Below are positions 26,485 to 39,760 of a stretch of DNA of 64,000 nt, piece by piece. A program made the position numbers and the translations under genes. Source of the stretch: Octopus vulgaris (taxonomy: Eukaryota); contig OX597824.1 in assembly GCA_951406725.2 (NCBI GenBank), positions 9,548,001 to 9,612,000 of the forward strand, in the 5' to 3' direction. Position 1 is the stretch's first letter, and every line of letters begins with the position of its first letter. The notes below the pieces were generated by a model. It was not told the origin of the DNA, ran no database searches, and saw nothing but the letters and a program-made list of their open reading frames with translations.

Positions 26485-26620
26485 AGTGAGCTGTCAGAAT
26501 CATTAGCACATCGGTCAAAATGCTTAGCAGCGTTTTCTTCGGCTCTTTACGTTCTGAGTTTAAGTTTCACCGACGTCGACTTGGCGTTTCATTCTTTTGA
26601 AGTCAATTAAATATTTACCA
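26485..26620 (+). mobile_element. SINE family C, diverged 5' part
   Basis: gtgagctgtcagaatcattagcac...acgttctgagtt. Confidence 0.7.
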
Positions 26621-27090
26621 ATTCTTCAGTGATAATGGACTGCACTGAACCGTAACTAATTTGCATATCCTCTGATAACTTATGGATGGTGATTCGACAA
26701 TTTCTCTCCACAGTCACACGCACAATTGCGATATTTTTCTCAGTCCTGCTGATTGTGAGTCTCCCAGAACGTTCGTCAATATCGACTTTTTTCGGTCATC
26801 TTGGAAACCTCTGAACCACTTGCACACCCGTGTGTCGCTCATACACTCCTCTCCATACACTTTCTGCAGCTTTGCGTAGCCTTTTGGGCAGTTATCGCCA
26901 CGAAAACATTGTCATGGTAAATGCGACGATCACATACTGCACACCTTTTTTCCAAGCACTGTTGTAAACAGCTGAAGTGAGCTAGAACGTCAAACTCTTG
27001 TTCAAGGTCAATCTTTGCCAAGTGGCTTTACACAGCGTGCTTTAGCTTCGCTACTATGGCAACAGTTCCGATACTTATTTATCAGGCCTC

Positions 27091-27093
<3 letters not shown>
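26620..27093 (-). mobile_element. mariner 5' fragment (TIR plus HTH region), different family from 23631
   Basis: Minus strand KLQKVYGEECMSDTRVCKWFRGFQD..DERSGR..RITIHKLSEDMQISYGSVQSII; terminus TA-cgaggcctgataaataagtatcgg. Confidence 0.85.
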
Positions 27094-27128
<35 letters not shown>

Positions 27129-27167
27129 CAACAGTAGCCTGAAAAAAATTAACACATCTCTGGTAAA

Positions 27168-27345
27168 ATGGAGCAAATAACAATAGAAGCATCATTAAAG
27201 AATATACCGATTCCAGCTAAAGATGTATATCTAAAAGAAGTGATTTCAAAATTAACAGACTTCACCCACCGTTTACGATGAAAAGCTTCAGTAAACAGCT
27301 GCAAATGTAACTGAACTACAATTAAACTATGACCTTTTAATACCA
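27168..27345 (+). pseudogene. Penelope-like (Naiad/Neptune-type) ORF N-terminus relic
   Basis: MEQITIEASLKNIPIPAKDVYLKEVISKLTDFTHRLR*KA resembles the recalled motif SLKNIPIP....Y...LI.K......RMRWKA. Confidence 0.65.
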
Positions 27346-27399
27346 ATCATCAACTTCTCATTGTTAACTGTTGCTCCATTTCTTTTCTTATCTGTATAC

Positions 27400-27479
27400 A
27401 TGCATGAATACATACATACATACATACATACATACATACATACATACATACATACATACATACATACATACATACATGA

Positions 27480-27510
<31 letters not shown>

Positions 27511-27515
27511 CATGA

Positions 27516-27546
<31 letters not shown>

Positions 27547-27551
27547 CATGA

Positions 27552-27582
<31 letters not shown>

Positions 27583-27989
27583 CATACATACATACATACA
27601 TACATACATGATTACATACATACATACAGACAGACACACATACATACATACATGAATGCATACATACATACATACATGATTACATACATACATACATACA
27701 TACATGCGTACATGATTACATACATACATACATACATACATGCGTACATGAATTACATACATACGTACATACATACATACATACATACAGACATACAGAC
27801 AGACACACATACATACATACATACATGAATACATACATACATACATACATACATACATACATACATACATACATGAATACATACATACATACATACATAC
27901 ATACATACATACATACATACATACATACATACATGCATACATACATACATGAATACATACATACATACATACATACATACATACATACA

Positions 27990-28020
<31 letters not shown>
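27400..28020. repeat. (CATA)n microsatellite with recurring catgatta/catgaata interruptions
   Basis: Directly visible. Confidence 0.95.
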
Positions 28021-28022
<2 letters not shown>

Positions 28023-28099
28023 TTCAGATTCTTTACTATGCTGTCGGCACTGTCTAAATATTTTTGCTGCTATGTATAATGGTTTTAGCGTTGAGTTAA

Positions 28100-28510
28100 G
28101 TTACTTGCATGTTTAAAAATTGATAGGTACAAATTTACGATCTCAAATCCTATGATCCTATATTCGTGTTCGTTATTAATGCATTAATGCCTTTCATCCA
28201 TTTTAATATTACGTAACTACGTCTCCATCATTGAAGTCTGTTAATGAATTATTAAGAAGTTTCTTACTAATTAAATCTATAACTAATTCAGTATTGATAA
28301 TGAGCTTGCATTAGAATTTAGTTATAAAGTTTCCTTTTAGATCTGTGGATGCGATAAATAACTTCATTTAGCTAATGCTTCTACCTTTTAGGCTTTGTGA
28401 TATTCCTTTGGCCACTGTATTGACGTTATTTCGCATATGTGCGTAGGTTTTTATATAATTTTGAGTTACACTCTTAACTAGTAATTCTTCGTCAAAATTA
28501 TTGTGCAATT
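28100..28510 (-). pseudogene. Penelope-like reverse transcriptase relic (N-terminal RT motifs)
   Basis: LLVKSVTQNYIK..NTVAKGISQSL / FIASTDLKGNFITKF*CKLIINTELVIDLISKKLLN / LQ*WRRSYVILKWM / YRIIGFEIVNLYLSI parallel the recalled FITLKDHK.NF...CRLINP..ISK.IL, QW.N...I.WF and FDIV.FYPSI, in order. Confidence 0.68.
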
Positions 28511-29188
28511 GGAAAATTTTCTCCGTATGGTAATTAAAAAATTAAAAGGTATAATTGAGATTAATCTCTTTAAGCTTATTTTGGAAAAGAATTTTGGGAT
28601 ATTTAGTGAATATAATATATCATGTTTAGAAGATTGTGCGTAAATTATCTTAATTCATTAATTTTCTTATAAATGAGGAGGCGTTTTCATGTCCTGATAT
28701 TTTCATTTACGTAGAGGAGGGAATGAAATCTTGCTGTGGAAGCAGGTTTCCCATGAATCAATTCAATAATATCTGCAGATTTCTTCGAAAGGTCACTTGT
28801 ATACAGCTGACTTTTATATATTTAGATGCCTCTGGTTGAATAAACGAAGGTTGTGTTGCAATGGAGTTGCAACAAAGAATTTTGGCCATGAAAATGTCTC
28901 ACTCAAACTACGCGTCTATACGAGAAACATCATGAAATTAGAAGCGTATACAAAGTATTCTAGATCTTCGATAAAAGAGAGGAAATAGAGCGTGGAGTGA
29001 AAGGTATAAGCGCTATAGATTGTGGTAAGAATTACATGAATGTTACAGTTTCATGTTCAAGCAGGCTTGCAACCAATATGGACTGCAAATTTGGCTGTCC
29101 AAGTGACCGTGGACATGTCTAAGAGGATTATTATGAACAGTAATGGCCCCAGAACAGTTCCCTTAGGATTATATATATATATATATGT

Positions 29189-29588
29189 CGGCGCAGGCGT
29201 GGCTGTGTGATAAGGAGCCTGCTTCCCAATCACATGGTCCGGGTTCTATCCACTGTGTGGCACCTTGGACCAGTGTCTTCTGTTATAGTCTCGAGCCGAC
29301 CAAAGGTGTGTGAGTGGGTTTGGTACACGGAAACTGAAAGAATCCCGTCGAATATATATATATGTATGTATGTATATATTTGTGTCTGTGTCTGTCCCCC
29401 CGCCCCACTATCGCTTGACAATTGATGTTGGTATGTTTGCGTCCCCGCAACTTAACGGTTCGGCAAAAGGGACTGATGGAATCAGAATTCGGCTTACAAA
29501 GAATAAGCCCTTATGTCGATTGGTTCGACTAAAGGCGATGCTCCAGCATGGCCGTAGTCAAATGACTGAAACAGGTAAAAGAGTAAAA
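29189..29588 (+). mobile_element. SINE family B, full length
   Basis: Head to aaaagagtaaaa tail. Confidence 0.9.
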
Positions 29589-29793
29589 TAATATTACATA
29601 CACACACACACAGACATACACAGACACACACACACACACACACACGCACACACACATATATATATATATATAGGAGTAATTGTTAATTATGCATAATGCA
29701 TATACCTATATACATATATATATTCACATATACACACACTACACACACATATATATATATGTACATATGTATATATGTATATATGTATATATT

Positions 29794-29861
<68 letters not shown>

Positions 29862-29954
29862 CCAAACTTAGCGTTAAATACAATACAATTCCCTAGTGCA
29901 AATCAATGAATGAATGACAATGAAACGGCTGCTTTCTTTTCTCCTCTTTCAAAT

Positions 29955-30060
29955 AGCATCACCGCGCGCCATCTTCGACGTCACGTTTATTCACAACAGC
30001 GGCCATTCACCATCGCTGTCAAATCTAAATCATTATGTGGGCGGATTGACATTTCATCTT
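29955..30060. promoter_or_regulatory. Candidate cis-regulatory motif cluster
   Basis: CGCCATCTT (YY1-like, 29967), GACGTCA (CRE-like, 29977), CTGTCA/TGACA (TALE-like) and GGGCGG (GC box, 30039) in apparently unique CpG-retaining DNA. Confidence 0.3.
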
Positions 30061-30476
30061 TTCGACTGCAGTATTTAGTACTGAGTTTCATTGCCTCGTT
30101 AAATAACTTTGTTCATAATTGCACTCTTTCTCCAATATTCAGCAATTCACTTGAATTACATATAATGATAGCCACTTTAAATTGCGTTCTGGCCGACTTT
30201 TATATCATTTTCACTTTCTAATGGACCTTCCAGAATTATTTCACTGTTAATCCACTTTTAAGATTAATTGTAAGAATTATCTTTGATTCGGAAATTACTG
30301 AAGGTGAAAAACATGTTAAAGCGCGAAATAGAGATCGTTGCAATTTGGAAATATGTCGTATGGAAAATGGGGTTTTGAAGTTTTCTTTTAAGGGATTTCG
30401 TTTGTGCAGTTTGAAGCTTTCATGTACAGTCCAATGGAAACTATTTCATATCTGCACGAAAGGTATTTATAAATAA

Positions 30477-30515
<39 letters not shown>

Positions 30516-30564
30516 CATATAGACAGATAGTGAGAGAGTGAGAGAGAGAGAGATGTAAATAGAC

Positions 30565-30595
<31 letters not shown>

Positions 30596-30881
30596 AAATT
30601 AGGCTATCTAGGAGATACCACCATGCTGAAAATAGCAGCCATGATCTGACTCTAAAACTACCTTAATTGTCCATATATCAACACGGAGAGAAAACAAAGA
30701 GACAAGATGAAACTAGTAAAAAATTAGTGGATAATTCTAGATCCCGGATTTCTGACTTTGCATTCGTAGATATGCTAATTTATAATTTTAATAATTATTA
30801 CCTCTGAAGGTTATTTTTTCTATGCTGACCACTTGATAAAATTGTTATTTTATTTTTAAATTAACGATCTTATCCTTATAT

Positions 30882-30930
<49 letters not shown>

Positions 30931-31345
30931 GTTGCTATTATGTTAAGCTGCCGTATGTCCAAATTTGGCCAAATGCATTTCTTTCAATATTTATTTTTGC
31001 TTGCAATGGCCGATTTTTTGGGTCAAACTATCGTATCTCCAGGTGTTTCAGGTGCTAAGATATCAGAAATTATCGAAGTGTAATACAACAGTTTTACTAT
31101 GGAATGTTGAAACTATCTTTCCGTTTTCCGAAGAAGCAATTTTGGACTTACGACACTTTTACATAATTGCAAAATGATATATATTTGTATATATGAACAC
31201 ACACACACACACACACACACAGACATACATATGTATATATAAAGTGGGCACTACAAGGTAGTCACTCGCCCTTCTAAAATTGACATCCGAATCGCTCTTA
31301 AAAACCACACCCTGTTGTCTTTTAAAATAATAATTTGCATATATA

Positions 31346-31753
31346 GGCGTAGGAGTGACTGTGTGGTAAGTAGCTTGCTTACCAACCACATGGTTCTGGG
31401 TTCAGTCCCGCTGCGTGGCACCTTGGGCAAGTTTTTTCTACTATAGTCTCGGGCTGACCAAAGCCTTGTGAGTGGATTCGGTAGACGGAAACTAAAAGAA
31501 GCTCATCGTATATATGTATATGTATATATGTGTGTGTGTATATATTTGTGTGTCTCTGTTTGTTCTCCCAACATCGCTTGACAACCAATGCTGGTGTGTT
31601 TGCGTCCCCGTAACGTAGCGGTTCGGCAAAAGAGACCGATAGAATAAGAACTAGGCTTCCAAAGAATAAATCCTGGGGTCGATTTGCTCGACTAAAGGCG
31701 GTGCTCCAGCATGGCCACAGTCAAAATGACTGAAACAAGTAAAAGAGTAAAGA
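31346..31753 (+). mobile_element. SINE family B, full length
   Basis: Complete head, internal microsatellite and tail. Confidence 0.92.
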
Positions 31754-31897
31754 GTATATTGCAGTCCCTGCCACATCAATATCTATGCATAATAAATGAT
31801 GTGGTCACAAGGGGAACGGTTTCGATCACAGGGCTGACTTGAGTCAAACAACAATCCCCAATTTGTGCTTTATTCACTAGATGCATGCATATGGATG

Positions 31898-32312
31898 TTT
31901 CTTTATTACCCAAAGGGGCTAAACATAGAGGGGACAAACAAGGACAGAGAAACGTATTAAGCCGATTACATCGAAACCCCAGTGCGTAATTGATACTTAC
32001 TTTATCGACCCCGAAAGGATGAAAAGCAAAGTCGACCTCGGCGGAATTTGAACTCAGAACGTAGCGGCAGACGAAATACCTATTTCTTTATTACCCACAA
32101 GGAGCTAAACATAGAGGGGACAAACAAGGACAGGCATAGGTATTAAGTTGATTATATCGTCCCCAGTGCGTAACTGGTACTTAATTTATCGACCCCGAAA
32201 GGATGAAAGGCAAAGTCGATCTCTGCGGAATTTGAACTCACAACGTAACGGCAGACGAAATACCGCAAAGCATTTCGCCCGGCGTGCTAACCACTCTGCC
32301 AGCTCGCCGCCT
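31898..32312 (-). mobile_element. SINE family C two-unit concatemer
   Basis: One head at 32312 with two bodies; imperfect TSD atgcatgca.at. Confidence 0.9.
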
Positions 32313-33606
32313 TATGCATGCACATATATATGTGTTGTATGTGTAAGGGTTACGATGGTATTTAAAAATTAATTTATATAACCAAAAACACAGTTTTGAA
32401 TACACGGGAAACGATTAGAAATAGAATTATCATAGGCAGAATGAAAATCGATATAATTCTCGTCATTACGACAGAAAGTTACTCAATGTTAAAAACTAAT
32501 ATTTTTTCCTTTGTGACCATCAAGCCGCTAATTCTATCAGAAAGCTAGTTTGTTCTTTTCTTTTCGTATTAACTTCCTTTTTAGTTGAATTTATTTCTGT
32601 TTCTGTTCATTTATTTGAATTATATATTTTCTTCGACAACTCCAAAAGCAATTCAGTAATTTCTTATGACGTTATAAATCCGTTACTTCAATTAGATATT
32701 CTGCTATAATTTTATAAAACTCTCAAAAAAGAAATTGCTCGATTATTATTTGGTGTTTGATACAGAATCAAATTAATTAAAACGAATTTGTATAGAAATG
32801 CTTATTTATTTATTTATTTATTCATTTTTCTATTTATTTATTTATTTTGAATTTTTGAAAATAAAATCTCAAATTTAGTTTCCGTCAACAAAATTATATT
32901 TTCTAAAGATAACTTCTTAATTTGCATTCTTTTAAAGAAAATAACTGGAATTAAACTTAACTTTTAAATCGTTTAGATAACATTTGAATGAATAATAATT
33001 TCTCTCTTATACACGAAGTTATCTTTTATTTCACGAGTGATTGGTTGAACGTAGAAATCGTACTGGATTCTTCAACAAAGTGCTGACCTGTAAATTAAGG
33101 AGATTTGGTTTCTTATCACGCCAGGACATTGCACTGTGTTCAGATAAAAAACAAAAAAAAAATTAAATCTTATTAGCGGAATCATTCAACCAGTACATAT
33201 AATCTTCAACTGTTCTTCTCCATTGACACCACCGTGCTCTTGTCTTACTATTTCCTTACAAAGTCTTGTTCTCTCTTTCCAAAACAATAAGCGGTATAGA
33301 CTTCGTTGACTGGCACACAGCAATTACATCCACTGAAGCGCATGCGTCAAATGACAGACGAGTTAAAAATATTTTTTTTACTTCAATAAAAAGATGACAT
33401 TCTTCTCACTTCCTATCATGCCACAACCACTATTTTTTTTTAGTTATATAATAGTACATCACGTTAATACACAAGTGTCTAAGTTTCATTTCTACACAAA
33501 TCATATAATAACTATGCATGGATCGCCACTACGCAGGGCTTTAGGAAAAGACATTCCCTGGAGTTACAGACCTTCCTACATTCCGCGCTTTGTTACACAA
33601 CTCTTT

Positions 33607-33992
33607 GTGGAGGCGCAATGGCCCAGTGGTTAGGGCAGCGGACTCGCGGTCATAGGATCGCGGTTTCGATTCCCAGACCGGGCGTTGTGAGTGTTTATTG
33701 AGTGAAAACACCTAAAAGCTCCACGAGGCTCCGGCAGGGGATGGTGGTGATCCTTGCTGTATTCTTTAACCACAACTTTCTCTCATTCTTACTTCCTGTT
33801 TCTGTTGTACCTGTATTTCAAGAGGCCGGCCTTGTCACTCTCTGTGTCACGCTGAATATCCCCGAGAACTGCGTTAAGGGTGCACGTGTCTGTAGAGTGC
33901 TCATCCACTTACACGTTAATTTCACGAGCAGGCTGTTCCGTTGATTCGGATCAACCGGAACCCTCATCGTCGTAACCGACGGAGTGCTTCCA
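33607..33992 (+). mobile_element. SINE family A, tail type 3, 12-bp TSD
   Basis: TSD acacaactcttt at 33595-33606 and 33993-34004. Confidence 0.92.
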
Positions 33993-34109
33993 ACACAACT
34001 CTTTAACTACATAACGTTTACCTCATCTGTAATTACAATTCGAATGCAAATGACTCAGTGATTAGAGTAGTCAGGCTCGCAATCAAGAAGTAGTCAGTTC
34101 ATACTCCAT

Positions 34110-34510
34110 ATTCTTTTATTTGGTGTACCGCCTTTAGTCGAATAAATCGACCGCAAGACTTATTCTTTGTAAGCTTAGTACTTATTCTATCCGCCTCTTT
34201 TGCCGAACCGCTGAGTTACGGGGACGTAAACACACTAACATCAATTGTCAAGTGATGTTGGGGAGGGAAAACACAGATACACAAACATATACTCACACGC
34301 ACATACACACACACACACACACACATACACACACAAACACACATACACACACACATACATATATACGACGGGCTTCTTTCAGTTTCCCTCTACCAAATCC
34401 ACTCGCAAGGCTTTGGTCGGCCCGAAGCTATAGTAGAAGACACTTGCCCAAGATGCCACGTGGTGGGACAGAACCCGAAACCATGTGGTTGGTAAGCAAG
34501 CTACTTACCA
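34110..34510 (-). mobile_element. SINE family B
   Basis: Reverse complement of the family B consensus. Confidence 0.88.
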
Positions 34511-34569
34511 TATATCTTATGTTGAAAAATCCTCACGCCAAAACCAACCTACAGCTAAGTGAACTGGAG

Positions 34570-34680
34570 TGACTAGAAATAAAGTGTCTTGCTAGAGAAA
34601 ACAAACACAAGGCGGCCCGGGAATCGAACTCATTACCTCATGACTGTGAATCCGACACTCTAACCACTGAGCTATTTGTC
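34570..34680 (-). mobile_element. tRNA-derived SINE head fragment
   Basis: gggaatcgaactc...ctctaaccactgagc. Confidence 0.65.
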
Positions 34681-34788
34681 TTGTGACATAATGTAATAGG
34701 TATGTATTATATGTGCTCCAACTTGAACTGCACCCGAAAACAAATTGGATTGCGACTGACTATTAAAGCTGGCTAGAAGGGCTTCATC

Positions 34789-34858
34789 GTGGAGCGCATG
34801 GCTTACTGGTTAGTGCGCTACACTCACGATTGCGAGATCGTGGGTTCGATTCCACGAT
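34789..34858 (+). mobile_element. tRNA-like SINE head fused to a LINE fragment
   Basis: tggcttactggttag A-box and gggttcgattcc B-box; no SINE body follows. Confidence 0.65.
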
Positions 34859-35504
34859 CCGTGGGCTTATGCCGAACGGCTGCTGTCACGTGTGGGACGA
34901 GTCCACCTCTCGGCCTAGTCTATCGTGTGAATTGTTCCGCCACCTTACCTCAACCGGGAAGGCAGGGCAGTCTTCATCGTACTGGTGGCTATGGTGAAAG
35001 AATGTGTTTGATGGACTCGGGCGAAAGGATTAGACACAAGCAATTACCTCTCATCAACTTTTTTAAGTACCACTTGAAAAAGAAGGTGAGAATGGAGAGG
35101 CAGGTTTAGTCTCACGAAAGTTTCAAAAAAAGGTGGGTGAATGTCGCAAAGATGGTGCGTGCGAGTGACGAAACCACTTTGAGCATGATCCTGTAAATCG
35201 AAAAAAGAGAGAGAGAGCACTTTGCTCTCGTGTGTTTATTTCCTCCCTGCCCGAGGTTACCGTGGTCCTTTCCGTAGGCTTTTCTTTCCCTGGATAAACC
35301 TAATATTGCTTCTTACATTTTTAAAATTCTTCTGTGATACACGATCCCTTTTGATCGCCTTTCTTCCTTTTTCCCCCGATCCCTTTTGATCGAATTTTAC
35401 TTTTTTCTCATTTTTCCCCTTTTTCTTTTTCATTTTCGAAAAGAAAAGCTCTACATTTGTATTTGTCCCCTCACTGTTCCGCCCTGTGTGGCCAATAAAG
35501 AAAG
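34856..35504 (+). mobile_element. 5'-truncated L1/Tx1-clade LINE (ORF2 C-terminus, 3' UTR, polyA signal)
   Basis: WAYAERLLSRVGR..VFIVLVAMVKECV*WTRAKG..LINFFKYHLKKKVRMERQV..FKKRWV; pyrimidine-rich UTR; AATAAA at 35494 followed by an A-rich tail. Confidence 0.72.
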
Positions 35505-36167
35505 TTATCTATCTATGTATGCATATATTTATGTCTATATAGCCATGTATGTATGCACGTATTCAGATATATGTGTAGGTGCATGTATATGTATGTGCGT
35601 GCATGTATATATGCCCCTATACATATATACGTGTATTTAATTTAATTACTGCTCTTATTTCATTTAAGACAATATTCATAAATGATAAGTGGTTTCAATT
35701 CTCTTCACCATCAATTAATTAATTGTATATCGAACATAGACTCCTTACTGAAATATGGCTTCTCGCCAAACAATGATTACATTATGAAGAAACGAAGAAC
35801 TTTACAGTGAATGTTTCGTCCCCTTTCTTCCAGGATATAATCGATCTATTACCTAAGGCATCAAAGCTGTATGAATTCTATCATTATTAAACATCCATAA
35901 CGACAACAACCAATGTCATCTTATACTCTTTGAAAAGTAGTTAGGTGTGAATGGAAGCGATCTGACAGCTATTTCAAGCACGTAGAGCGACCACGTAGAA
36001 CCTTCCTCACTTTCACGTGTCACCGTTCACGAATTTGTTGCCAACATTCGGATTATCATGAGGCTTCTCGTTTCTTCACTTGTGTGTACATTCGATTACA
36101 AGGAATAACAACGCATCCTCACGGCTGTGTATACATCCCCTGGTATTCAGCCGTATATACATGCGTC

Positions 36168-36490
<323 letters not shown>

Positions 36491-36914
36491 AGATATACAA
36501 ACATAGAGAAAGAGTGACAAACCGAGATAGTCGATCCAATGCATTTGAGTCGACCATTATATTTCCATTGGAAGAAAAATACAAAACAAGAAAAAAAAAC
36601 CAAAGAATAAAATACTTAAAATAATTAGCTGGAAAACCATTCGCTACCTGGGTATATGAAAAGCATTCACTCTCTAGAAGATTCCATTGCAGTCGCAAAT
36701 GAAAATAATAACACGTAAAATCGCAGTCATTTCCGTTAGTGGAGAAAAGACATCAGAAGTCATGCGGACAAAGGTTGTAATGGCGAATTGGAAGAAGAAA
36801 ATTATAGTGAGGGAAGTATTTGTGGCATTTAGTAATAGGAGTAAGTGTGTCTGTGTATGTGAGTGTATGTAGGTGTATGTTTCTGCCTGTGTGTAAATAT
36901 GTGTATATGTTTTA

Positions 36915-36916
36915 TA

Positions 36917-36990
<74 letters not shown>

Positions 36991-37062
36991 TACCTCGCTT
37001 TCTATCTATCTGTCTGTCTATCTATCTATCTATCTATCAATTTATATGTATATCTATCTATG

Positions 37063-37140
<78 letters not shown>
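36915..37140. repeat. (TA)n, (CTAT)n and (GATA)n microsatellites
   Basis: Directly visible. Confidence 0.95.
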
Positions 37141-38232
37141 CAGAGTGCGTAGAACAAACAGAAGATAGGGCTCAATATACGAATATTAAACATTTCTATT
37201 TCGTTTAATCGAATATAAATTAATAATAAAAGAGATGGAAAGATCGATCAATCAATCTATCGATAGATAGACTGACAGACATACAGACAGGCAAACGCAG
37301 ATTATATCTAGATATTTGCAGCTACGATGGAGAAAGGAATGGAAGTTATTTGGTGAGGAATTGATAAGATGTGATACATCAAGGACGACGACTCATATGA
37401 ACTAGGTGACATTCGATGGCCGATTATAAAGAGATGAGCAAAAGCCATTATAGACTGATATAAAAGATTGAAAACACAATAAGAACATCTGTGAGCCAGT
37501 GAATGGCGAGCGAGATATTTTCAGTAACATAGATAAGGGTTTTCTTACGCTTAAATGACCTACGATATTTGTCAGTATGTATACGTCTATGCGTGAATTA
37601 ACCTTATTATCTTCGGAGTGTGTGCTGTTTTATAAAGAATATCTGTTTAGAAAACCTGCAGGAAATTGTTCAGGACTGAAGTGGTTTCTCATAATGAAGA
37701 GACGTCTAGTATTTGGAAAGTAGTTTTATCATTTCTTTACACGTGTGGTGTAACCATGAGATGTCAGATTTTGTGAGGCCGAGAAATGGCAGCCGAAATC
37801 TCATGTAAATTTGCTGTGCGTTGTGCATTTATAAATGGGTAAATGTGTTTATATATCCTTGAGATGTCTAATGGTTATGTCTTGGCGTTATTGTAAAATG
37901 TTTAACTGACATGGAAAACCTTATGAGAACTTTGTTCTGGCTTTTAGTAATGTGAGGGGCGTGGGTGGATATACATAGGAGTGATTTATTTTGCTTCTTT
38001 TTTGTTTGTTGTTTTGTCAAATTGACTGAAGGCATGCTACAAAGACTTACTTCGAATCTTTTGTTTGGAAAGAAAAATGTGTAGCACATCTGATGGCAAA
38101 AAATAATCAACAAGGAATGATCGGAGTAGAACTCAGAACCGTAGCAGAAGGTTGTGGCACTGTGAGATGATCCAACAATCCAACACTTAATCAGGAACTG
38201 TGAACAAAGCTAACTATACCGCGATTTCTACA

Positions 38233-38302
<70 letters not shown>

Positions 38303-38484
38303 TAAATAAATGGCACAACGAAGCACCGATATTTACTGGAAAATAGCGAACGTAATAAATACGACGCTAATGTATAGCTTCACTGCGTATGTACTACTAA
38401 AGACGCGTGTGTGCAACAATCATGAAAAAAATTGTCTTACCTCTAGGAAGAACATCTGAAAAATGAAAAACCTAGAAACGGATA

Positions 38485-38556
38485 ATGCAGGACCGGTTTC
38501 AGACTCTCCAAAATACGTCTGCCAACGTATATTTGATTTGTCATCATCAGCTGCAT
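38485..38556 (-). ncRNA. Type I hammerhead ribozyme-like motif in a (TA)n-anchored element (~38300-38590)
   Basis: AUGCAG-CUGAUGA-UGAC...GUCU-GAAA-CCGG-UC|CUGCAU; perfect 6-bp stem I and palindromic ACCGGU; first pair of stem II is mismatched. Confidence 0.75.
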
Positions 38557-38639
38557 AAACCTCAACATTTCAAATGTTGCCACATCCATGCCAGTACACT
38601 GTAAGAACATAGAAATACACTATTGTTACACAACATTCC

Positions 38640-38772
38640 AAATCCAATCACAAAGCATTGATCGATCCGGAACTATAACTGAAGACACTTGCCCGAGGCA
38701 CCACGCAATTGAACTGAAACTGGAACCATATGGTTGGGAGGCAAGATCCTTACTACGCAGCCACGCCTGCAC
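38640..38772 (-). mobile_element. SINE family B 5' fragment
   Basis: gaagacacttgccc...cttactacgcagccacgcctgc. Confidence 0.75.
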
Positions 38773-38907
38773 CATTGCTTCCTTTGGAAACGATAATGTA
38801 ATATCATAAGAAATTCTGAAAGGGATATCTATAACGCTGAGCAATCGCATAGGGGCTTCAGTTAACATATCAAAAGCTAATAAGTTTTTATTCATATAAG
38901 ACTATAC

Positions 38908-39116
38908 AAGGTGGCAAGATGGAAACATCGTTAGCATTACGGGCGAAATGATTAGCGGCATTTCGTTCGTTTTCACGTTCTGAGTTCAAATTCTGCCGAG
39001 GTCGATTTTTTCATTTAGGGATCGATAAACTAAGTACCAATTGAGTACTGAGGTCGATGTAATCGACTCAAACCTCAACCCGAAATTTCTGGCCTTGTGC
39101 CAAAATGTGAAATCAA
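38908..39116 (+). mobile_element. SINE family C (ggccttgtgccaaaa tail)
   Basis: Head and central domain recognisable. Confidence 0.8.
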
Positions 39117-39592
39117 TGTAAGAACATAGAAATACACTATTGTTACACAACATTCCAAATATTTTTGTCTTTTATTTGACCATTATTTCGTTACTTCGCC
39201 TGAACTATCATTATAAGTTTAAAATACTATTTGAATAAGATTTAAACTCCTTGTTTTTCTCAGCAGTGCAGAAATTACAAAGATTTCATTCGCTGTACGA
39301 AAACTTTTCAAACGAGTTATTTGTCGAACAGAAGAACAGCAGGAATCTTTATAGATATTGGTTTAGCTCTTTGATAATGTCATTCTGTATCTAAAAATAA
39401 AATCTATATTCTTTTTTCATATTAATATCATATCGATTGATATTTCAAAACATACAGCGAATGGAAATCTCTCTTAATCATAATAATCACTGTGTAAATA
39501 AACTTGATTTTTTTCTTTTTCCTGTCGTTGTTGGAAGTACTTGATTAAATTTTTCAAGAACATTCTAGGAAACGGTAGAAGCAATTTCACAT

Positions 39593-39760
39593 TCTTTTAT
39601 TCTTCAACTATTTTTATTGCTTCAGACATTGGACTGCGGCTATGCTGGAGTACCACCTTAAATGATTTAATCTAACAAGTCGATCCCAGTTGTAGTTTTC
39701 AAGTTTACTACCTATTTTATAGATCACTATTTGCCAACCCGCTAGGTTTCGGGAAGTCTT
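39593..39760 (-). mobile_element. SINE family B 3' fragment
   Basis: gactgcggctatgctggagtaccacc. Confidence 0.65.

Noticed and set aside
27168-27345. In-frame TGA as selenocysteine in a Naiad-type ORF
   Set aside because: The TGA falls at the expected Trp of RWKA and further stops follow, so it is simple decay.
33607-33685. tRNA gene (also at 55354, 34789, 6147)
   Set aside because: No complete cloverleaf or acceptor stem; continues into SINE or LINE sequence, with TSDs in some copies.
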